From positions 1 through 49,909 of the forward strand of contig JANRLD010000116.1 in NCBI GenBank assembly GCA_033762915.1: 49,909 bases of DNA. Direction: 5' to 3'. Below the pieces are notes generated by a model that was not told the DNA's origin, ran no database searches, and saw nothing but the letters and a program-made list of their open reading frames with translations. Numbering within the stretch: the stretch's first letter is position 1; each line of letters begins with the position of its first letter. This DNA comes from Meiothermus sp. (GTDB lineage: Bacteria; Deinococcota; Deinococci; Deinococcales; Thermaceae). The position numbers and the translations under genes are program-made. Positions 40,146-49,379 of the stretch are shown here, piece after piece.

Positions 40146-40385
40146 TCACTCGAGGCCCGACATCTTCCGGTTAATCTGGATGAAGTTCTGCCAGTTCTCC
40201 GGCAAGTCTTCCTCAGGGTAGATGGCCGAGACCGGACAGGCGGGCACGCAGGCCCCGCAGTCGATGCACTCGTCGGGGTGGATGTAGTACTGATCGCCGC
40301 CGTCGTAGATGCACTCCACGGGGCAGACTTCCACGCAGCTCTGGTCCTTGGTTCCGATGCAGGGCTCGGCGATGATATGGGGCAT
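40146..40385 (-). CDS. fdxA: 7Fe ferredoxin, Thermus-type
   Basis: [62 protein letters not shown]. Confidence 0.96.
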   Translation of the reverse strand: MPHIIAEPCIGTKDQSCVEVCPVECIYDGGDQYYIHPDECIDCGACVPACPVSAIYPEEDLPENWQNFIQINRKMSGLE

Positions 40386-40937
40386 GTTGCTCTCCTTTGA
40401 ACTAGCGTTGGGGGTGACAGACGGCTCGAGCACACGGCCCGATTCTGCTATAGAGACAGCACGACTCTAGTCGGCTCCTATTGTAAGGAATTTCAAAAAA
40501 AGTCAAGGGGGATTGAGACCGAACGGCCCCGTTCCGGTGAAGCCTGAAAAACCCCAAAGGTTGTTCGGTGAATCGTCCCCTCCCATGACCCTCCCCAAAC
40601 CACCTTGTGATGCTGCGGGTGGATCCGCCCACCTCCTTTGTGGCCCTTTGGCATGTCCGAAGCGGAGGGAAACACCCGGTGATCGGTCAAACCGCGCTGA
40701 AGTCTCTACCCGCCCTATCGCCTCACCCGGTGATGGGTGATGCACTAAAGTTGGCGCAAAAACGGGCTCAATTTACCCCGCACATTCAGGGTTTTGGGTG
40801 CGGGCCATGCAAGTTGGCCGTGGCTGGTATTGCGTTCCCGCAAACCCTGCCATTAGACTCTCTCAACTCGAGCTTTCCCCGACTGGGATGTTGTTAAGCA
40901 GTTATCAACAGGGCTCGAGATATGCCAATCAGGAGGT

Positions 40938-41762
40938 ATGTCTATGTGTGCTCCTTGTGTGATGGGGTTGGTTGAGAAGTGCCTAACGCGGAGGGACTTT
41001 CTGGGGATGGCGGCCGGGGCTGCGGTAGTCGCGGCCACCAGCGCCCAGGCCCAAACCCGGGTGCAGGGGCGTTACTTCAGCAACGTGGCCGACCTGACCC
41101 ATGTGGTCTCGCCTGAGTTTCCGATGTTTCCCGGTGCTACGCCCATGAAGATTCAAGTGGCCGTCAACGTTAAGGACAACGGCTACTATGGCAACAACCT
41201 CACCATCTGGGAACACACCGGCACCCATGTCGACGCCCCAGCACACTTCGTTGACGGTGCCGCCACCGCCGAGAAGATCGCCGTCAACCAACTGGTCGCC
41301 CCAATGGCGGTCATCAACATCAAGGAGAAGGCCGACCGCAACCCCGACGCCGAAGTGACCGTCGACGACATCCGGGCCTGGGAGCGGGCCAACGGGCGGC
41401 TCCCGAACGGGGCCTTCGTGGCCATGTACTCGGGCTGGGACGCCAGGGTGAACGACGCCAAGGCCTATGTCAATCTGGACGGTGGGGGTGTCCAGCACTA
41501 TCCCGGCTTCGCCCCCGCGGCCGCCGAGTTCTTGGTGAAGGAGCGCAGCATCGTGGGCATCGGGGTGGACACCCTGTCACAAGACTTCGGGGCCTCCAAG
41601 GACTTCAAGACCCACGTCACCATCCTCGGGGCGGGGAAGTACGGGGTGGAGAACATGGCCGGGCTGGGCGGCGTCCCTCCGCGCAACACCATGGTCATCG
41701 TAGGCGGCCCCAAGCACAAGGGCGCCTCCGGCGGACCGGCTCGAGTCCTGGCAATCTGGTAG
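40938..41762 (+). CDS. Cyclase-family (kynurenine formamidase-like) metallohydrolase with Tat signal
   Basis: TRRDFL..AQA Tat signal; EHTGTHVDAPAHF; GIGVDTLS; VENM; RBS AGGAGG. Confidence 0.9.
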   Translation: MSMCAPCVMGLVEKCLTRRDFLGMAAGAAVVAATSAQAQTRVQGRYFSNVADLTHVVSPEFPMFPGATPMKIQVAVNVKDNGYYGNNLTIWEHTGTHVDAPAHFVDGAATAEKIAVNQLVAPMAVINIKEKADRNPDAEVTVDDIRAWERANGRLPNGAFVAMYSGWDARVNDAKAYVNLDGGGVQHYPGFAPAAAEFLVKERSIVGIGVDTLSQDFGASKDFKTHVTILGAGKYGVENMAGLGGVPPRNTMVIVGGPKHKGASGGPARVLAIW

Positions 41763-42020
41763 GGCTAGGTTGCGGGCCAATGATACGCCGCTACGGCCTA
41801 ACGGGGCGGCGTCTTGCCTGACAATGAGGCCCACGAACAGTGGTTCGTTACCTGGTTCTCGCATCCTGCACCCCGGACGCTTCGGGGAACGTGTTTCGGC
41901 CCCAAGGCTTTAGCAGTCTGAAAATCGCCATCAGGTACCGCGTTCAACCTCGAGCGGTTTGCCAGTTCAATCCCCAAAACCGCTGTACCGTTGAGGCCAC
42001 CCATCCGCCCCAAACCCTGA

Positions 42021-42044
42021 CCCCCCGCTGAGTTCAGCGGGGGG
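42021..42044. terminator. Strong GC hairpin between convergent cyclase and skp genes
   Basis: CCCCCCGCTGA-gt-TCAGCGGGGGG perfect inverted repeat; no clear U-tract. Confidence 0.55.
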
Positions 42045-42181
42045 CGATAACTTAAGCGCGTCGCACTCTTGTACTTGGCTGCGGTGGGCCTAGGAAGTCC
42101 TGGGAATGCGCTCTTGGCTGGCTGCTGCAAGCTGAAGCTCTATGGCCTTGTGACCGGGATTCGCAACTTTTAGCGAGGTCT

Positions 42182-42673
42182 TCAGTTCTTCGGGATGACC
42201 GCGATGACCGCGTTGGTCAGCTCGAGATCTTCGTCGGCGTAAATCACCAACTCGCTCTGGCTGGCCACCTGGTAGTTGAGCACCATTGCAAAGCCCTGGC
42301 GCTGCGCCACCTGGCCCACCAGTTCGTTGAGCTGATCCACGATGGGTTTGAGTGCGGTCTGCTGGCGCTGCTGGTAGCGCTGGGCGGTCTGGGTGATGGT
42401 CTGGCGGAGCACCTGGGCCTGCTGCTGCTCGGCGGCAGTGGCGTTGCCGGCCTGAATCTTCGCGTTGATGGGCTGGAGGCGGTCTTGCAGGGGCTTAAGC
42501 TCGGCCTGGGCAGCGTCGTTGATGGCCTTGACGGAGGGATACTTGGGGTGGGCCTCGATGATTTTCTGGACGTTGACGTAGCCGATGCGGGTGGGGACGT
42601 TACGGTTTTGGGCAACGCTGGGCACCAACAGCACGGCGAGCAGGACGGCGAGGAAAAACAGGTTCTTGTTCAT
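42182..42673 (-). CDS. skp: OmpH/Skp periplasmic chaperone, copy 2
   Basis: Signal peptide, RIGYVNVQKIIEAHP, coiled coil, VIYADEDLELTNAVI. Confidence 0.9.
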   Translation of the reverse strand: MNKNLFFLAVLLAVLLVPSVAQNRNVPTRIGYVNVQKIIEAHPKYPSVKAINDAAQAELKPLQDRLQPINAKIQAGNATAAEQQQAQVLRQTITQTAQRYQQRQQTALKPIVDQLNELVGQVAQRQGFAMVLNYQVASQSELVIYADEDLELTNAVIAVIPKN

Positions 42674-42684
42674 GATTAACTCCG

Positions 42685-43182
42685 TTACTTTGGCAGAGCT
42701 TGGACGACCGCATTTGTGAGGTCGAGGCTGGCGTCGGCGTAGATGATTGTGCCAGTCTCGATGGCGATTCTCGAGTCGAACACCAATCCTACGCCCTGGG
42801 CCTTGGCGACCCTAGCGATGGTGGCGTTGGCGGTTTCGGCGATGGGAGCCAGGGCCTTGTTCTGCTGTTCCTCCCACTTCGCAAGGGTCTGACGGGCGGT
42901 CTGGGCAAGGGTCTGGTACTCCTGTCGCTCGGCCGCGCTAGCGGTGCCCGCGTCGATCTTGGCCTCGAGGGCCCTGAGGCGATCGTTCATGGGCTTCATC
43001 TCGGCCTCAGCCCGGTCGCGGATGGCCTTAACCGCGTCGTAGCCCTTGGCGTTCTCGACGACCTTTACGCCCTCGAGATAGGCCACGCGCGTGGCGGTGT
43101 TGGGGGTCTGGGCTACCATAAAGCCGCCCAGTGCAAGGACAGCCAGCCCCACGGGGATTGCTTTTGAAAGAATCGGCTTCAA
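42685..43182 (-). CDS. skp: OmpH/Skp periplasmic chaperone, copy 1 (TTG start inferred)
   Basis: RVAYLEG, GVGLVFD, IIYADASLDLTNAVV. Confidence 0.87.
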   Translation of the reverse strand: MKPILSKAIPVGLAVLALGGFMVAQTPNTATRVAYLEGVKVVENAKGYDAVKAIRDRAEAEMKPMNDRLRALEAKIDAGTASAAERQEYQTLAQTARQTLAKWEEQQNKALAPIAETANATIARVAKAQGVGLVFDSRIAIETGTIIYADASLDLTNAVVQALPK

Positions 43183-43441
43183 CCAGTACCTACCTTTGTG
43201 CGAGGGTACTCTGCCCTGCACACAAAGCAACAGTATAAGCCAGCGCTTAGGGCTGTGTGAGAGCAGGGGGAGTGGTTATTTAGGGCGTTTATGGCTACCC
43301 TATCAGGGTTGCGGCGTTAGGCCTCACATCGGTTCGGCCGGTTCAAGTAGGCTGTAGCGGCAGCCCTGCGGCCAGAGCGCCGAACGCTGTGTGGGCCACA
43401 CCTTGAGCCCGCCCCAAGAGAGTGTCCAACACGGAGGAACC

Positions 43442-43879
43442 ATGACCAAGAAACTGACCCTTCTGCTCCTGCTGCTCGCGCTTCTGGGAAGCTCGGCGCT
43501 GGCCCAGCGGGCCTTCCAGCTGCGCCTGGGCCTGCCCGCCGCCTCCGTCGGAATTGGCCTCGAGTCGGCCTTCGAGCGCAACGTGGTGGCCAACTTCTAC
43601 GGCGACGCGGTCCTCAATGGCCCCAGCTTCCTGCTGGGCGGCGAGGTACAGTTCAAGCCCGACCTCGGCCAGTTCGACCGCGACTTCCGGGGCATCCGGC
43701 CCTACTTCGGCGGTGGGGTGGGCCTGTTCGTGGGCGGCAACAACCCCGCCATCGGGATTTCGCTGTCCGCCGGGGTCGAGTTCGCCCTCGACGCGGAGGC
43801 CGGCCTGTTCCTGGGCGGACAGTCCTTCTTCGGGAACATCCGCGCCGACCGCTTTCTATTGGGCGCGTCCTTCAGGTAG
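43442..43879 (+). CDS. Small outer-membrane beta-barrel protein
   Basis: Signal peptide ..SALA, PYFGGGVG, alternating beta strands, C-terminal GASFR. Confidence 0.78.
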   Translation: MTKKLTLLLLLLALLGSSALAQRAFQLRLGLPAASVGIGLESAFERNVVANFYGDAVLNGPSFLLGGEVQFKPDLGQFDRDFRGIRPYFGGGVGLFVGGNNPAIGISLSAGVEFALDAEAGLFLGGQSFFGNIRADRFLLGASFR

Positions 43880-43903
43880 GCACGGGCGTCGAGCAGACAG
43901 CGT

Positions 43904-43933
43904 AAGGCCCGGTGCTTGGGTGCACCGGGCCTT
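43904..43933. terminator. Hairpin downstream of the OMP gene
   Basis: AAGGCCCGGTGC-ttgggt-GCACCGGGCCTT, perfect 12-bp stem. Confidence 0.6.
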
Positions 43934-44174
43934 CACCGCAACCTCAAGACCCTCAGCAGCCGTGTCGCACCCGCGTCATCTGATCCAACCGCCTCCGACC
44001 CGAAAGCCGGCCGGGGCGCAACCGTAAGGGCCTTGTACCGGGTCAGGCGGCACACGCGCCGGGCAGGATCCACAGCCGTTGGCAAGTTGATTCCCGCAAC
44101 ACCTACCCCGGCGGAAAGCGCATTCCAGCCCCGTGGTCTTTAGCGCACTTGAATCCGATGTTGGCGGCAGCCGA

Positions 44175-45017
44175 CTACTTTTGTAGCACCGCCCAGCTGC
44201 TTACCGCTGGATAAGAGCCCAGCACCTTGACGAAGGAGGCCCGGCGCAGGAGGGTCATCAGGGCCTTGGAGGGGCCGGGGTCGGCGATGTGGCCCTCGAA
44301 GTCTACGTAGAAGATGGGGCTGAAGGGCTTGTCGGGGTCGCGGCGGGGGCGCGACTCGAGCTTGGTGAGGTTTATGCCCTGCTCGGCAAACGCCTGCAGC
44401 GCGGCCAGCAGCTCTCCGGGCTTGTGGCGAGTGGTAAAGACCACCGAGGTCTTGTACGAGCCTTCGCGCCGCTCCATCTCTTCGCGGGAGAGAACAAAGA
44501 AGCGGGTGTAATTGCCCACAAAATCCTGAATGCTATCGGCCACAATGGCCAAGCCGTAGCGCTCGGCGGCGCGGCGGCTGGCGATAGCGGCCAGACCCGG
44601 CTCGGGGTGGGCGGCCAGCTCGCGGGCGGCCCCAGCGGTGTCGTAGACCGGCTCAGCCTCGAGCTTGTAGCGGGCAATAAAGCCGTCGCACTGGGCTAAG
44701 CCCTGGGGGTGGCTCTTGACCTTACGCACATCCTCCAAACGCGTCCCCGGCGGGGCCAGCAGGCAGTGCTCGACCTTCAGCACGATCTCCTGAATCACGT
44801 GAAGGTCGGTCTCGAGGAGCAGGTCGTAGGTCTGGTTGATGATTCCGGCGGTGGTGTTCTCCACCGGCACCACGCCCAGCTCCACGTCGGCGCTCGAAAC
44901 CGCCGAGAAGACCTGGTGGAAGGTGGGCAACCCCACCGGCGTGGCGTCGGGGTAGACCTTAAGGGTGGCCTCCTCGCTGTAGGCCCCCTCAGTTCCTTGA
45001 AAGGCTATGCGCTTCAT
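44175..45017 (-). CDS. pheA: Prephenate dehydratase (with ACT domain)
   Basis: IAFQGTEGAYSEEA, VPVENT, SHPQGLAQC, NYTRF, INLTKLESRP, LGSYP. Confidence 0.96.
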   Translation of the reverse strand: MKRIAFQGTEGAYSEEATLKVYPDATPVGLPTFHQVFSAVSSADVELGVVPVENTTAGIINQTYDLLLETDLHVIQEIVLKVEHCLLAPPGTRLEDVRKVKSHPQGLAQCDGFIARYKLEAEPVYDTAGAARELAAHPEPGLAAIASRRAAERYGLAIVADSIQDFVGNYTRFFVLSREEMERREGSYKTSVVFTTRHKPGELLAALQAFAEQGINLTKLESRPRRDPDKPFSPIFYVDFEGHIADPGPSKALMTLLRRASFVKVLGSYPAVSSWAVLQK

Positions 45018-45200
45018 CGCGCCCAACTATAAGCCAGGGAGCGTAAAACAGGGAACGGGGAATAGGGGGTAGGCGATTTGTAAGAAACATGTTAGATTTC
45101 CATGGTACAGACCAAGAACGAGCAAACATTCCCCTCGTCCTTGACTATTTCCAGCACCCGAACCTCGAGACAAGCTGTAAACTGGGTCACAATCACACCA

Positions 45201-46073
45201 ATGGCACGAATCTTAGTTGTACAAGACGAGAACAAAGACCTTCGCACCCTAGAAACATTCCTTATCGGCGAGGGTCATCGTGTCGTTGGTAAGCGCACAG
45301 CCCTGCAGGCAATGGAGTTCCTGGCCGTCTACAGCCCCGACCTGATCGTGATTGACAGCCACCTGCGCGGCATGGACGGCGTTACGCTGCTGGCCCTGAT
45401 CCGGGGCGTACCCCGGCTGCGCGATGTGTCGGTGGTGATTCTGATCGACCCCGCCGAGCCCAACCTCGAGAAGATGCGCCAGTCGCAGCCCCAGAGCGTG
45501 CTGTACAAGCCCATCAAGCTCGAGGACATCCGCGACACCATCGTGGAGGTGCTGTCGCGGCGCAACACTAGCACCGTCAGCAGCACCCAGAGCCGCCCGC
45601 CCACGGGCAAGCGTTCGCGGCTCGAGCGTCACCTCCCCAACGAAAAGTCCTTCCGCGAGTTGTGGCCCCAGTACGAGCAGCGCCATCAACTGCTGCAAAC
45701 CCTCGAACAGGCCGGGTGGGGCGAGGCCAGCATCCGCCGCCGGGCCGGTCGCACCGACGCCGACCTTTACGATTGCATCGGCCACCTGGCCTACGGCTGG
45801 CCCCTCAAGAGCCGGGCTGAACGCGCCCAGTACGCCCGCCAGGGCTTTGCTGCCCACAACGAGTTCACCGTCATTAATGCCCTGCTCTCGATTTACGAGG
45901 AGCGTGGCCTGGACGCCCTCGAGCAACCCGCCACCCTTCAGATGATCAGTGCCCTAGACGAGCAGGCCCTCCGGCGGCTGCGCGGGCTGCGGGGCTACCT
46001 CGAGCTGCTCTCGGCCATCGAAATCCAGTTGTTCCCGGTATCGGGCATAATGGTCAGGAATGTTTCGCCTTGA
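45201..46073 (+). CDS. Receiver (REC) domain fused to a type I restriction HsdR C-terminal (EcoEI_R_C-like) domain
   Basis: MARILVVQDE..PDLIVID..GMDG..YKP; linker; FRELW..R..LL..LEQAG..DADLYDCIGHLAYG.P..SRAERA..LLSIYEERG..GYLELL..IE.QLF. Confidence 0.78.
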   Translation: MARILVVQDENKDLRTLETFLIGEGHRVVGKRTALQAMEFLAVYSPDLIVIDSHLRGMDGVTLLALIRGVPRLRDVSVVILIDPAEPNLEKMRQSQPQSVLYKPIKLEDIRDTIVEVLSRRNTSTVSSTQSRPPTGKRSRLERHLPNEKSFRELWPQYEQRHQLLQTLEQAGWGEASIRRRAGRTDADLYDCIGHLAYGWPLKSRAERAQYARQGFAAHNEFTVINALLSIYEERGLDALEQPATLQMISALDEQALRRLRGLRGYLELLSAIEIQLFPVSGIMVRNVSP

Positions 46074-47097
46074 AGTGATTTCCGACCCCCACACCTGGAA
46101 TCCCCTAGTCGCCTCTCTACCCATCACCAGCGCCTTGCAGTCGTGGGGCTGGGGTGAGGTCAAGCGGCTGTCTGGCTGGCAGCCCGAGCGGGTCGCAGTT
46201 TACAACGGCGACACTCCGGTCGCTGCGGCCCAGCTCTTCCGCCGCCAGTTCGTAGGGCCGGTCTCGATGTTGTACGCCTCGAGGGGGCCTGCCCTGAGGT
46301 CGCTGGGCGATCTACCAGCGGTGGTGGACGCGCTGAAGAGCCGGGCGGGCGGGGCGGCCTTTTTGAAGCTCGAGCCCGAGACCGGACAGGACGCGACGGC
46401 AGTGCCGCCCCAGTTCGAGGGCATGAGCCCGGCCGAGAGCATCCAGCCCGAGTACACCATCTGGCTCGACCTCACGGGGGGCGAGAAGGCGGTTCTCGAC
46501 GGGATGGTCGAGATGCACAAGCGCAACACCAAACTAGCTGAAAAGCGGGTGGTCATCACCATCGAGGGCTCGGAAGCCTTCGAGGAGTTTTGGAAGGTCT
46601 TCGTGGAGACCAACCAGCGGGCCAAGCTGTTGCAGCACTCTAAGACGTATTACCAGACCGTGCTGCGCGAGATGAACCAGCCCCAAGGACACGCGTTTAT
46701 CTCCATATCTAGGCTCGAGGGGGAGGTCCTGGCCGCCGGGCTGTTCGTGGCCTTCGGCGGCAAAGTGGACTACCTCTACGGCGGCTCCACCGGCTTGGAC
46801 GACCCCGAGAAGAAGAACAAAAAAGCCCCCAACGGGATGCACTGGGGGGCCATCCGGTGGGGCATCGCCAACGGCTGCCACACCTACGACCTGTGGGGGG
46901 TGCCTGGCCAGCAGGACGGCAGTCACGCGGCCGGCATTGATAGGTTCAAAGAGGGTTTCGGAGGCCGCAGGGTGCGTTTCCCAGCCTACGACATGCCGCT
47001 CTCCCCGCTCTACGGCCTGATGACCAAGGCGATTCGCCTGCGCAAGGACCTGATGAACTACCGGGCCCGGGGAACGACTCGAGACGTGTTGCGCTGA
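46060..47097 (+). CDS. FemABX-family peptidoglycan interpeptide bridge aminoacyltransferase
   Basis: LQSWGWGEVK, YASRGP, FLKLEP, YLYGGS, YDLWG, RFKEGFGG. Confidence 0.92.
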   Translation: MFRLEVISDPHTWNPLVASLPITSALQSWGWGEVKRLSGWQPERVAVYNGDTPVAAAQLFRRQFVGPVSMLYASRGPALRSLGDLPAVVDALKSRAGGAAFLKLEPETGQDATAVPPQFEGMSPAESIQPEYTIWLDLTGGEKAVLDGMVEMHKRNTKLAEKRVVITIEGSEAFEEFWKVFVETNQRAKLLQHSKTYYQTVLREMNQPQGHAFISISRLEGEVLAAGLFVAFGGKVDYLYGGSTGLDDPEKKNKKAPNGMHWGAIRWGIANGCHTYDLWGVPGQQDGSHAAGIDRFKEGFGGRRVRFPAYDMPLSPLYGLMTKAIRLRKDLMNYRARGTTRDVLR

Positions 47098-47626
47098 GCC
47101 TCGGCGGAAGTGGAAGGTCAAACACCAACCCCCCACGGTCTAGGGGGTGCAGAAGTGCAGGATGGGCAATCTTGCGGTTTTTGTCTCCCCTGATGCGTGC
47201 AGAAAAGTAGTTAGACCGCCGTCCCGAGTCCAACAGTCACCCAAGGGGCCAAGTCAAGGACGGCTTGGCCTCGAGGCGTATAGGCCCACCCTTGAGCCTT
47301 CAGGGGTAGGGAACCCAGCCGTAACTGGGCCCGTAACTCGGGGGGGGAAATCCCTCCCACCATGAAAACTCGAGGCCCCTCCCAATCCGCCTCCTCCTTC
47401 CTCTTTCCTCGCCTCCGGCTTTTCTCCCCATCCCCTATCCCCCCATCGCCCCAGCCCTCCCTCTCTCATAAACCTGAGAGTTTCTCATCATAACGTCCTT
47501 CGGTTTTGCCCACCCATTCACGCTTCTAAGCTGTTTTGAACCTACCCTTGCCCTTGCTGGGAGATATAGTGCGGACGAGCCGCGCTCTAATCTTCTGATG
47601 AGTAACGCCTCCGGAGAACCCGCCCG

Positions 47627-48196
47627 ATGTTGCGCACCGCCCTAATCGCCCTCACCGTCCTGATCGCCCTTTCGGTGTTTCTGGTCAGTCGCCCTGTCCC
47701 CACCCCGCCCATTCCCAGCCGGGGGGTGACGCTCGAGAACGTTCGCCTGACCCTTTACCCCGAGCAAGACCCCAAGGCCCGCTGGGAGTTCCGCGCCGAC
47801 AGCGTGACCCAGGACCCCGGTACGCGAGAGTCGCAGGTGACCGGCATCCGCTCGGGCCAGCGCTTCGTGGAGGGCAAGCTGGACATGCGCCTCTCGGCTC
47901 CCTCGGTGACCATCGACCGTCAGGACAACATGCGGATGCCCAGCGCCACCGCCGAAATCCTCAAGGGCTGCTACACAGTCGAGCTTGGCGCGGACGGGGG
48001 CCGCATGGTCGAGATAGACCAGCGCGAGGGCTTCCGGGCCGCAACGGTGCGCATCGACTCCCCCAGCTACAAGGCCACCGGCAAAGAGTTTAAGAGCGAC
48101 TTCGGCATCGAAAACCCCAGCTGGCGCTCCCCCGACGAGACCTTTATCTCCGGCGGCGAAACCCCGCCCTGCAAGATCCCTGGTGGAAGCTCATGA
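47627..48196 (+). CDS. lptC: LptC-like periplasmic lipid transport protein
   Basis: N-terminal TM helix followed by beta-rich domain; coupled to the downstream OstA-like gene. Confidence 0.6.
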   Translation: MLRTALIALTVLIALSVFLVSRPVPTPPIPSRGVTLENVRLTLYPEQDPKARWEFRADSVTQDPGTRESQVTGIRSGQRFVEGKLDMRLSAPSVTIDRQDNMRMPSATAEILKGCYTVELGADGGRMVEIDQREGFRAATVRIDSPSYKATGKEFKSDFGIENPSWRSPDETFISGGETPPCKIPGGSS

Positions 48197-49113
48197 TTAT
48201 GAAACGATCCCTCGCAGTCCTGACCCTTTTTCTGCTGGTCTTGGTGGTGGCGCAGAGCAAAGAGCAGCGCGTCATCAACATCTCGGCCCCCGATGGCAGC
48301 CGCTCGGGCAACCTGCGCAACGGCCCCTGGACCTTCGACGGCGGCAAGCCTGGCGGCGTAATCGGAAGGGTTAAAGACCTCACCATCAACTCCACCAAGG
48401 CCACCCTTTCGGCACCCGACGGCAAAACCATGCAGGAGGCCGAGGGCCAGCGTGTGGCGACCTTCGACGGCAACATCGCCGTCAAGCGCGACCGCATGAC
48501 CGCCACTGGCCCCAAGCTGACCTACCGCGAGTCCGACGGCAAGGGCATCCTCGAGGGCAACGCCCGCATGATGCAGCAGCCCCGCAAGCAGGGCGACGAC
48601 CCGGTCGAGGTCAACGCTCCCACCATGACCTTCGAGGTGGACACCAACATCTCCACCTCCTCCGGCGGCGTCTCACTAAAGAACGGCAATCAGGAGGGCC
48701 GCAGCGACCAGGTCTACTACGAAGAGGACAAGGCCTTGGCGATATTCAACGACGACCAGGAGGTCGTGCTGGTGCGCAAGCGCCAAGGCAAGGGCGACCT
48801 GACCATCCGCGCCAAAGAGATCAGGAGCCTCACCGACGACAAGCGACTCCTGGCCACCGGGGGCATCACCCTGGTAGACGGCGACATCACCACCACCGGG
48901 GCCCAGGTGCTCTACAACGACAACACCGGCATCGCCATCGTGACCGCCGGACGGGTAGGCAGCCAGAACGTACCGGCCCGCTCGGTCAACGCCAAAGAGC
49001 GTTCCAACCTCCAGGGCAACGCCCTTCAACACAACGTGAACCGCTCCCAGGTGCAGGCCCTCAGTCAGCGGCCCACGCTACCGGTGAACGACTTCAAGAA
49101 AATCGGGGAGTAG
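48193..49113 (+). CDS. lptA: LptA/OstA-family beta-jellyroll protein
   Basis: Signal peptide; repeated beta-strand units (ATFDGNIAVKR..TATGPKLTY..GILEGNARM; LATGGITLVDG..TTGAQVLYND..A). Confidence 0.75.
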   Translation: MIMKRSLAVLTLFLLVLVVAQSKEQRVINISAPDGSRSGNLRNGPWTFDGGKPGGVIGRVKDLTINSTKATLSAPDGKTMQEAEGQRVATFDGNIAVKRDRMTATGPKLTYRESDGKGILEGNARMMQQPRKQGDDPVEVNAPTMTFEVDTNISTSSGGVSLKNGNQEGRSDQVYYEEDKALAIFNDDQEVVLVRKRQGKGDLTIRAKEIRSLTDDKRLLATGGITLVDGDITTTGAQVLYNDNTGIAIVTAGRVGSQNVPARSVNAKERSNLQGNALQHNVNRSQVQALSQRPTLPVNDFKKIGE

Positions 49114-49379
49114 GGGCCTCGAGCCTCCGAGGCTGGGGTCAAGCGCCAAGCTCAAGATCGACACCCCGACATCAATCGAGAAGAAGCGCCCATAGTTCGA
49201 CCCATATCCGTAGACGAATTGCCCGAGGGGACTGACTTGAGACTGCCCAAACTTGACCGATCGAAGACCACGGATACCCCCCGTGGCCCGACCCGAATGC
49301 GCCGGCCGGCTTATCAACCTCCCGGTGACAGGACTCGAGGGGGTCGGGAAGATCGGTTCTTCAGCCCGCCCAGGCAATT

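Noticed and set aside
47321..47337. GTAAC-N7-GTAAC as a seventh regulon box
   Set aside because: Period is 12 rather than 11, and there is no -10-like hexamer at the conserved spacing
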